A stretch of DNA of 64,000 nucleotides from contig OZ038378.1 of NCBI GenBank assembly GCA_964036045.1, positions 7,874,001 to 7,938,000 on the forward strand, written 5' to 3'. The position numbers and the translations under genes were made by a program. Below the pieces are notes generated by a model. That model saw only the letters and a list, made by a program, of their open reading frames with translations. It searched no databases and was not told where the DNA came from. Positions 11,808-22,617 of this stretch are shown piece after piece; the stretch's first letter is position 1; the number at the start of each line of letters is the position of its first letter. This DNA comes from Eutreptiella sp. 'Long Island Sound 2002' (taxonomy: Eukaryota; Protista; Euglenida).

Positions 11808-12416
11808 CCCCCCCCCTTTGTAATAGCTACGCCAAAGTACGGAATTAATACAGTCCCTACACCTACTGTAGCTATTACAAGGGCGTGGCTTGCGCACGAC
11901 ACATACAACTACCGACATACACGTGAGAGAATGCATGGTATGAGTGCACCTCCGGCTCCGGGGGTGGGGACGGTGATCGGATGAAGAAATCGATTTTTGA
12001 AAGGGGGGCACAGGGGTGTGTGACCACCTGCCACCCTTCATGTACTCCAACACCGCAAACAGGTCCCCCTTCTCCGATGGCCCCTTCATTGTGGCATCCA
12101 CACGCTCACCGGTGGAACGTGTGAAAATCACTGGACGCCCAGGTTGAAAAAGAGAAGATTGTATGGTGAGCTGGTGCAAGAAAGGGGGATATAGTACACA
12201 AATATCCCCCAAATCAGAGCTATGTGGGTTCAAGTGGGCAAACACTCACAACAAATTGTCCATGACCCTATGTAGCTGGCAAATTTGTCACCAAACCCAT
12301 GTGTTATGCGGCTGCACTACATTTGTACCGAATTAAAATTAGGTACCAAAGTAATACGGTCCCTACGCCTACTGTAGCTATTACAAGGGTGTAGCTATTA
12401 CAAGGGGGGGGGGGGG
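11808..12416. mobile_element. Non-autonomous TIR element with TA target duplication (Tc1/mariner-like MITE)
   Basis: Left end is C-run+tttgtaatagctac (11808-11830). Right end is gtagctattacaa+G-run (12391-12416). TA lies at 11806-11807 and at 12417-12418. Subterminal copies of tgtagctattacaaggg are present. Confidence 0.65.
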
Positions 12417-12495
12417 TATGTGGATCCTTACGGACGGCCGTGAAAAGCACGGAAAGCCATCCCCGGGGCCTCACGAGGCCCGGCGCCGGGGGTCC

Positions 12496-12699
12496 TCAGG
12501 GGCAGTCCAATGCCGGAAAGAGGGCGGTGCCGGCCAGCAGTTGGCCCAAGGCGACGGCGGCGCCGGCCGCACCTCCGAAGAGGGAGTACGGGGCGGGGCT
12601 CGTATCGGGGTAGAGGGTGGCGGCCGTGCCGTCGAGCAGCTGCATGGGGTTGCTGTCGATGAGGAACATCGCGCAGGCCAACGCCTTGTCCAGCCATGC
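12496..12699 (-). CDS. LANCL: LANCL exon 9 (AWLDKAL...PYSLFGGAAG...LFPALDCP stop)
   Basis: Acceptor ccctcag|GCA, phase 0. Matches the LANCL C-terminal SLFEG/FPAFE region. Confidence 0.9.
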   Translation of the reverse strand, partial: AWLDKALACAMFLIDSNPMQLLDGTAATLYPDTSPAPYSLFGGAAGAAVALGQLLAGTALFPALDCP

Positions 12700-15600
12700 C
12701 TGAGGGACGGGGAGGGGGATGGCACGTGTGGGAGCAGAGGGGCTGAGGGCGGCGATCACACGGTGTTCACGTCAGTTCCGGACCCCGACCCCCGACGTTG
12801 CGGGCAGGGGGGGGGTCCAGAGGCGGAAGCGGAGGGGGGAGGGGGGGTCAGCCATTTTTCAGGGTTTGGGGGCCATTTTTGAAATCCCCATTTCATTTGG
12901 AGCAGTTCGAGTGCACACAATTGCGGGAGGCAACATCGCCTTTTGCCATCCACCACAAATGAAGGGGAACTAGAGGGAAATGGGGGGCAGGGGGATGGCG
13001 GTAAAAACAATGTTCCGAGCGACGCTGGGCGCCCAAGTCAGTTGTTCCTCGTTGTTCACCGGTCGTGGGGGTTGCAGGGGTCCTGAGGGGGGGGCGGGTC
13101 GACTCCGACCCGCTACACCCCCCACCCCCGCCCCCTGGGGTCGATGGCACGGGGCCTCTGCGCGTCAGAGGGCCCCGTCTCCAGGACCCTCTGACCCATT
13201 GACCGTGGGGTACACAGCCGGAGGGAGGGATTGAGGGAGGGTACGGGCCTGCGAATTGCCCCGGCAGGGGAGACCCAGGCCCCGCGGCGGTGCAGCCCGG
13301 GGCACACGCCCTCCTGAGCGCTGAGTCGTGGGTCGCACGGCCTCTGCCACGCGGCGTGCGGTGCATGCTGACGCTGCGGTGGGCTGTGTTCGGTGTCTCC
13401 CCTCAGTTCCTTTCTTGCGGACGGGGGCGGCAGACGACAGACAACCTCTGCAGAACAAGGCCGCATGTCGCTGCACAGCTGCGCTACAGAGCGGTAGCCT
13501 TAACGACCTTGTGGGGGGGGTTTCATGTAGCACCCTCGCCAACAGCAGCCCACTGACCCACCCACCCACCCACCCACCGCATGAGAGACCTTGTCTTCAC
13601 CAGGGACAGCCGGCAGATATCCCCAGTGCAACTGCATGTACCAGAGATGTGTCCAGCGGGCAGACCAACGGTGTGGATGGATCCCCGGAGGAAGCACCAT
13701 GTTCACCCCACGCAGGACCCGCAGGCACGCGTTGGTGCACATTGCTCAAGGTGGAGGAGACCCCCCGCTCCCCACGCCCCGAGCAAAGCACGGCTGTCAG
13801 CCATCACTCAGGCAGAGAAGGAAGACCCCACCTGCAACGGGGGGTGCAGTCGCTTGCTCCCTCAGTCATCCACTCAGTCAAACCAGTGGCAAAGCGCCGA
13901 GAGTGGGGGGGGGGGCTTGTGGGGTGCCTGGGTGTGTCTCGAAGCGGCCTGCAATATCGGAACCCCTTAAGTAAATTGAACTTATCCCTCAAGATAATTA
14001 CCCTGAAGGAAGCGCTTGAGGAGAAAGGGGGTGAGACCTCGTTGAGGTGACCTAAGCGAAGGTGTAGGTTGAACCTTTGAGAGCCTAACTTTGTGTGGGC
14101 AGGGAGGGGAGAGCGGGGTGGGCTGCAAGGGTGGTTGCAGCAAGCACCACCAGCTGCCATACGGGTTGCACAAGGGGGGGGGGGCTCCCAGATTCTTTGG
14201 AATGGCAAAAACGCAACATGAAGCCCAACAAAAAAACAACAACGGGACGACACCACGGGGGGCCCGTCTCCTCGCTTTTAGATGCGACTCCCCCCCGCAG
14301 TAGAAGTGGGCCGAAGGCCCCTAGGGTGGGGAGGGGGGGAGGAGGGCTTCTCTAGGGGACTAGCCAGTCGCTGCTAGTTGCTGCGGGGGGGGGGGGGGGC
14401 TAGGGGAGAGGGTTAGCAGAGGTCTAGTCCAGTCTGACAGAGTCTTGCGATATCTGGCGCTCAAAAGCTCTGATCAAAAAGGGCTACCTCAAAATCAAAA
14501 TTGGCTACTTGCCTTCTTGGGGGCCCGCAAGTGGGCGGAAATGCTACCTAACCCCTGCATTCTCGGGGGTCCCCAGGAAAAGGGGACAAAATTTTCGGGC
14601 GCCTTTGGCGCGACCCTATGTATGGCCTGCAGCCATTGACCCTTGGTAACTAAGTGGGCCCGGAGGGCAGGGAGGGGGGGGGGGGAGTCGCGTACCCGAA
14701 CCGAGGACACGGCCCCCCCGTGGACGACACATGTGGGGGGTACAATCAGCCACATGGTGCCAAAATGCGCCGAAGGCACGGGTACAGAGTTGGCGCGATC
14801 ACTTCAGGGGGGTTGGGGGGTCTGGGACGCACCCCCAAGCCCCACTGCCGCAGAGTTCTGAAGTGGAAGTTTGGGGGGCGGGTCCCAACAAAAGACGGTT
14901 TACGGTTCGGCGTTGGACACGCCGTTTGGAGTCGAACTTGCAATGCAGCGGGTGCTCCCCCATCTGTGCAGCGCAGAAGGAACAAGACCAGTAGGCAGAA
15001 GGACTACAAAGAACGGCTCAGGGCGTGGGAGCGGGAGGGTACCTGGTCATTGGTCGCATTGTACACGGCCAAGAGACACAAGATCGTGCCGCTGAGGCCG
15101 TGGCACAGCCCGACCCCGCCCAACAACAACCCGTGCTCCCACACCACTTCGGAGGCTATACGCTTCGCCGCCTTCAGACACTGCGGCATCCGCAGCGTAC
15201 TGTGGCTCTTGCAGAAGAGCAGCACCAAACCTGAAACGGCCACGGCGGCACAGGGCGGCACAGGGCGAGGACGGGGGTGGGAGTGGCCCCTGTAGGGCAC
15301 CACTAGCAGCACGCGCGTCGGGGACACATGGGAGGCATGGTGGAGGAAGTTTGGAGGGCTACCGCCCCTTTCCCACAGAGAAGGATGCAGAAAGCAGGTT
15401 GCGCACGGGCGTCAGCAGTACATAAAACAGAGAGCAGGCTCCTCATTGGCCAGGGCACTTGTCAGTTGCAAAACGAGGGACGGATTGGTGGCCTGCGGCC
15501 GGGCACCGATGAGTCTGATGCAGTTCGGCGGTGACAGGAACGGTATGTGATCATCATGAAGCCCGCCTGCATACCACTCAATACGAGTGTGATAACTGTG

Positions 15601-16063
15601 CTTCATGAGTGTGCCTTGTTCCAGTCCATCCGCTTCATTATCCGTTCTCCATCACCCAGCACCCTGCCCCTACACATGCACCCCGGCCCCTGCCAGCGGC
15701 GCACCCTACCTGTGTCACTGAACACCCTTCCCCTGCAGCTGAGCACCCTGCCGTTGCCGCTGCACCCCACGCCACCCTGCCCACCCTGCCCCACCCTACT
15801 CCACCCCGCGGCGGTTCACCCCACCCCCTCCACTATGCGCCGCGTCCCAAGCAGCCACGCATCCTGCCATCCTGTTCACCGTCCCCGACCCCCAGCCCAG
15901 CATCCCCACCGAGGAACGCGATGCCCGCTCCCAAGCCACCGCGTTCTGGGAAGAGGCTGCCAACGGCCCCAAACCTTGCCCCTAGACAAAACGACCCCTT
16001 GAAAGAATGAAGGCCCTTGAGCTGCAGTACGGAGAAGGGACGTCAGGCCACAGGCAACCCACC

Positions 16064-16098
<35 letters not shown>

Positions 16099-19000
16099 TC
16101 TCTCACTCTCTCTCTCACTCTCACTCTCTCTCTCTCTCAAACACACAAACACACAAACACACACACACACACACAAGAGCTGCCCCCCAAGAGGGGATCA
16201 GCCTGCACTTTTCCCAACATCGGGAGAACATCAGATAGACCCCCCCCTCCCATTGTATCGACCGGCTCTCAGCAATTCCCTGCCCTGCCCTGAGGACGAC
16301 CAGTGCTGAAAAAAGGTCGGTTCACCGGGGGCCCATGCCGTGCCAAGTGACGCCCCCCGATCCCCCCCCCCCCACACACACACTGCACTCCGCATGGGCA
16401 GGCGTGGGGCATGGCTGCGGACACACCCGCTGCGCCGTCACACCACTGCGCTTTCGGCGTTGCCCACGGCCCGTTCGCACCCTCAAAGCCCCTCTCGGTC
16501 TGCATCAGCACATAGCCCACCGCCCCCGCGATGTCCGAGAGATCAGCGGGCGTCTGCAGTGGACGTCAGGCAGAGGGTTCGAGAGTGCCCGCACCGCCTC
16601 GGGCCCTTTGGTGGCTCCAGCAGAGCGGAGGTCGGACACGCTGCAAAGGGTGCAGCTGACCCCCCCGTTTCCGCCTCAGGACCCCTGCCCACGCCGCGGG
16701 GGTTGGGATCCAGAACTGAAGTGAACCCCCTCCCCCCCCTCGTGGTTGGGCTGGGTAGAGGGTCGGGCAGGTTCTGGGCCCTGCTTGTTGCATGTGGGGA
16801 CAAGTTGGCACCGCGTGCGTCCTGCGTGCACGTATGTTGCTGGAGCCCATGTTGTTGACCCATGGAAACCATGGCCCCCAGAGAGCACAAGGAACAGTGC
16901 ACCAGAACGCAGTACATGTTATCCTCTTCTCGAGGCGTCTGCATCCGCCCATACCCCATGATACTGGTCTACACGACGAGCACAGTGAGGCTCCAAACAA
17001 AGTGCATCCCCACGGGTGCACTGCGTTGCCGAGTGCAAGCCTTGATTTCCACGCGGTGTCCCGGAGGAGGTGTGCCCAAAGGTACACAGCACCTCCTGAA
17101 ATCTTGAGGTATGTCAAGGGGTGGGTTCCCACGTACCCAGTGCCTGCCCTGCCCCTGTACTACGTGGGTGCTGTGCTGCAGACTATTTCAGCGGCGTATC
17201 CCCGCGGACTAACTTCGCGGACTGTTTTGGCGGGGCTGTGCCGTGGGCAAATGGTCAGCGAGGGGCTCAATGACGTGGGTGAGTGCCCACGATGAGTTCC
17301 GGTGCTCAACTGCCGTGGAGCTGTGGAATAAAGAGCCCCTGCCAACCCCGCGTCTCCAGGCCAGCAGCAACAACGACGGCCTTTTGGGCTAGGCTTTCGA
17401 GGGAAAGAAAATGCTGGGATGCATCTGCGAAGCCGTGGGGACACTGGGCCAAGGTTCCTGCTTTTCTGTGCGAGCCGCACCAGCATCGAGTGAAAGGAAG
17501 CTCGAAAGGGGGGGGGAGTCCGTGTCGTGGATGCCAAGAGGGCGGTTGAAAAAGCGGTTGGAGGGCAATGTCTGGCAGGCACAAACCGGCTCAAGGGCCG
17601 TTGGAGGCGGGGAGAAGCGGTTGGCAGAGCTGACAGTCACCTATAGGGGGGGGGGGGGTGTGGGGGGGGGTCCCCACTCAGGCGCAAGCCTGGAGGCCGG
17701 TGAAGCTGTCGGGGGCATGTACCAGTGGACACTCGGGGACTGCTGCAGGGCACACCAGGTACTCCCGGGCCTCCAGCAGGACATACAAAATGCCCGCAAG
17801 GCCGTGCAGGCACCCCAAGGGACTCGTCGGTGGCTTCGTGGACCACATCAGCGAACTTTCGGGGCAAGACACAGCCCCTGCACGCCCGTCGGCCAGAATT
17901 TTGTTGGCCACCTCCTGCAGGTCAACAAGACAGGGTGAGGGGGGACTCCACGAGTGGCCACAGGGTTCCAGCCCCAGGCACGAGCAAATCAACAGATCTT
18001 CAGCTCGATTCAGGCGATACAAAGCTGACAAGTGCTGGGTTCGATTCCCAGGCCGGGCAAAACCAACAAGCCCAGGGTTCGATGGCCGGCCAACGGCACT
18101 GCACGCCACTTGGAGGAGGTCTACGGTTCATGCTTGGCCGCCCCACCCCATCCCGCCTGTATCCTGCTGCAGGGGCGGTTTAGCACAAGGACTCCTCCGG
18201 CGTCGGATGCTCCAAAATGACAGGACAGGTTGGGGAGCAGGCGGCGTGCCGTGCCAACAGAGCAGCAGAGTCCGGCAAAGGCAAGCAATGGAACCCAAAC
18301 GGGGGGACTGAGGCTTCATTGTGGTTCTGGGCAGCAGCACCCGCGGTATGGGAAGGGAGGGGGGGTCCGGGAAGAGGGGGGAGGGGCGAGTGTCTTTCGG
18401 TGTCAATTCTACGGTTGAATTCGGAGCATTTCGACAAACCAAAAGTATCGGTGGCAAACAACTGTTGACCACTCCAAATACAGGGGGGGGGGGGGTGGCA
18501 CAAGGCCTCGGTATCTGATTGTTCGCCTTTGGCGGCGCCTATTGGCCTCTCGCCACTGCTCATTCTGACCCTCTGTGGGCCCAAACGTGTTTTGGTTGTG
18601 TCAACAGAGCCCCTGGATGACTTGTCCTGTTTGACTACTCCAGGGTTGGCTGTCCCGGAGACGGGCTGTTGCCTGTGCCGTTGACCAGGTGCATCCAGAT
18701 GCACACTCCGACTCCATGCTGGGTTTGCCGACTCCAGCACTGACTTGAGCGCGCTGGGGTGTGCATCTGCAGGATAATTTTCCAGACAGGAGCCTCTAAC
18801 AACCACAATGATTCTTTCCCGTTTTTCCTTTCCTTCTTCTCCTTTTGCGCTCTGCCCCTGGGGGGGGGGGGGGTTGGCACAAGGCCTCGGTATCTGATTG
18901 TTTGGGGGGGGGGGATTTGCCAGGGGACAATTTCAATGGGGATAATTTCGGAAGGGCAAAATTTCGCCACCTCCAGAAATCCTGAAGCTTCAAATACAGT

Positions 19001-22000
19001 GGTATTTCTTGGTGGGCTGCAGACGATCCCTGTTATTTCCTGGTGGTCCTTAGATGGTTGCTGTTGTTTCTTGATGGGCTGTGGATGGTTGCTACAATTC
19101 TAAGATCCGCCCCCCCCCCCCAAGGAGGGAATACGCACTAAGAAGAAGCCTGGGTCCCATGGCGCGAAAATTTCGCCAGGGGGGCGGGGGGCGGGTTTTC
19201 GCCACTTTTCTTAACGGCGAAATTTCCCCCTGTGAAATTCTCCCCTCCTGAAGCCCCCCCCCCCCCCGTGCGGTGACACGTGGGTGTGTCAAGTGATGAT
19301 TGCGATCAAGAGAATTGCGCAAGCAACAGCATGCACAGCCAAAAGGAGATCAAGGCTGATCACGGACCGGAAAGTCCGGTCCTGGGCGCCTTTCGCCAAA
19401 GCCTGCATGAAAAGCACAACATTCGGTCCCTGGCACCTGCCCCCCTCCTTTAAATGAAACAAACAGGAAGCTTCGGGGAGATGCGTCACTGAACCTCCCA
19501 AAGCGCCCAACGAGTGGTGATGTTGTTGTCGGCCCCACTGCATGGGCGAAAAATCTGGGCGCAGGTGTGTGGGCTGCGAGGGGGGGGGGGGGGGGCAGGG
19601 CTTCTTTTGAGCGGGGGGGGGGGGGAGTTTGAGGGGGGAGGGAGGGGCCTCATCTCCCTTGTCACAGGAGGTCATAGGAGCCAGCTCTTCTTCACTACAC
19701 GGGGGCGGCCGCCAGCCAATGTGTGACCCCGAGGGGTGTTCGACAGTTTGGGGGGCTGTAGGGGGGGGGGGACCCCCACCCCCCTCCGAAGGGGGGGGGG
19801 ACCCCCCCCCCCCCCTTGGTTGACCTAAACCTTGGGGGTCGGCGGGTCGGGCGGTCAACCGCCGGGCCCCCCGGGGGGGGTCGGTGGGTACCCCAACATA
19901 AATACCTCAAAATGATCCCCATGACACACTAATCATTTTGAATACGCACAAGAGGGGTAAATTTTTTTCAAAAAAAAATTGCCCATCAACTCAGGCTCCC
20001 ATCAGCCAAGGTCCGACCTGGAGGCCGGGTTGGGGTCAAAATCCTTTTTTGTGCTTTTTAGCCATTTTTGAATTCTCCACGAAATTCTGAGTATTATGAG
20101 TAAAGGCACATAGGGTCGAACAAAAAAATTTCCCCCTGCCCTATGCCTAAAACAAAATCTCTGGCGCCGACAAAGCACATTGTTCCGTACGACAATTTTG
20201 GGGTCCGTAGAGGGGGGGGGGGGTGCCCCCCCCCCCCCCCCTTTGGGGTCGGGTCCCGACCAGGAGCGCCCCCCGTGCTTCACTATCATCAGAACTACTA
20301 TCCTGTGCCTCCAGGTCCATGTCAATCTTGCGTCGCTTCCCTTTGTCTTTGCGTGACTGGCGAATTACACGCACCCTCCGTTTCCCCTTGGCCTACCTTG
20401 GCACCAGACCTGCAGACAGCGTCGTTTAACTGACAGGAAAGAAAAGATAAAAAAAAAAGTGAAACAAAAGTTTTGGAAGTGACGCAGTCTCAGGCCCCTA
20501 ATGCTCTGTTTAACGGAGGGTGGGAAGAGTCGAGAGCAAGGAGAGGGGGGTAGACAGCAGATTTGGTCCCCCACGATGAAGGGGGGACCCCCAGTAAGTA
20601 TGCACTGTCAGAAACCACAAAACTGAACTTTTGCAGAAGTGGAATGGGGGGGGGGGAGGGGGGGAGGGGGTTTTGCACCCCCTCCCCCCCCTCCCCTTGG
20701 TATTTAATTATTCTAAAGAAGCCCTGGGGGGGGGGGTTTCGGGTACCCACTTCGTTTGTGTGCGCACGCTACACACACCAAGTGTGTGTCCCTCTGTGCG
20801 AGTACACAACGCCGCCAGAATGTGGAGTCGTGAGGGAGACTATGCGGTGAGCATAGGGGACAGCGGCACCTTGACGACGGTGGCTGGCACCATTCCTCTT
20901 CCGGTGCTGCGGTTGATAAACAACAACGCATACAAATACCCTGCAAGAAAGAGAGCGTGAGAGAGAGGGAGAGAGACTGAATGAGTGGGAAAGAGTGAGA
21001 GGGAGAGAGGAAGAGAGAGGGAGGGAGGGAGGGAGGGAGGGAGAGAGACAGAGACAGAGACACACAGACACAGAGAAAAAGAAAGTGTCGAAACCTGCAC
21101 CCCTGCACGGGCTGCAGCGTTGTAGCCCCATCCCCCATGCCACACATACGGGGAACTGATGCACGTCGGGACAGGACGCCATTCGATAGCAGCCCCGCCA
21201 CGTACACTCCTGTGCCGTCGGCCAGCCCGGTAACCGTTATCGGTTGACTGGCTCAGTCAACCGCAAACCTCCAGCACCTGTCCACTGAGATCACATGGGC
21301 AACTCGGTCCTGCGTGAAAGTAACCGGACACGAAGACGGGCCTCACTGGCGCGGCCACGATCGGCACACACCTGCCCGGCCGTACATCAGACTGTCGGCG
21401 ACATCCCCTTCAAGCGCGAGCTTCTGCAACGCCAGCACCCGATCCACGTGCATTTTGCATGGCCTCTTGCCCTCTGCCATGTAGGCGTTCACCGCCGCCA
21501 CGGCGTGCACCCCCGCCTTGCCGTGCAAGAAGCTGAGGAGACACAGTGCGGCACCTCCATGAGGCCCCGGCGCGCACCACCAGGCCCCCTCCCAAACATG
21601 CCTCCACCGCCTCCACTTTGATCAACACCTTCAACGCCACGCCATAACCCTCTTACGGCTCTAAACCCCAAAGACCTACAATGACGTCGTTGTGCTGTGA
21701 CATTGCGTGTGTCAGACGTGCCCAAAATGCTACCGTGCCAACAGTAACAATGTGCGGAATGATAAATTTTGCGCTGGGTGCTCTGAATTCGCAAAACTTT
21801 TGGGAAACCACCCAGAAATGGCGAAAAATATTTCTGCGATTTGCTTCCGTGAAACTCATTTTTGCGCAGCTCTTTTTGGTTGGCTGAGGCGAAATCCTGT
21901 GTATGTTTGTGTTTTTTTCTTTTTGCGCTTGCCCCCCTTGTTCTGGCGTCTTGTTTCATTCATTTTGGTGCTCCTGAAAAAGACCTTCGGTAGCTTGGAC

Positions 22001-22560
22001 TCTGGGATTGCAGTTCATACCTACATAGGCACACAAATGTGAATCGGTTGGACCAAGAGCACCGGATGATCCACGCATACCAGTGTTTCACAAGACCAGT
22101 TTGTAACTTCGCACATCAAATGCGGAAACAGTACGGGTTCATACAACGATGACGCAGCAAAGAAAACGTGTCAAACACCCTCGTTATGGAGTGAACATGC
22201 ACGATGACCCAAGAAACTGGCAAGGCACCCGTCAGTGAGACGTCGAAAGGGGGCTTGCCACGTGCAATGGCACCATTCACATCCCTTGACAAACCACGAA
22301 CAACCCCGTCAAACAAGAACACACCTTATGTCACTCCCCACTTCATCGGCTGTGTCGGTTGCAACGCTGGCAGCACACGCCTGCCCGTACTGCTGGGCGT
22401 ACTGGCGATATTGGGTGCGCTCCTGCACGGACGCACATGCACACCCCCAGAACTGCACCACACACACACGTGCGCGCGACGCAAAGCGACCAAATAACCA
22501 GCCCAGACAGAAGCAAGCACGGGCACTGGTCGCAAAATGAATCTCGTCAGGCCGCAATCC

Positions 22561-22617
<57 letters not shown>

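Noticed and set aside
19289-20400. Extra LANCL exons at 19.3-19.4 kb and 20.3-20.4 kb
   Set aside because: Exon 5 joins exon 6 in phase and reproduces the family alignment without them. The segments lie among dispersed repeats.
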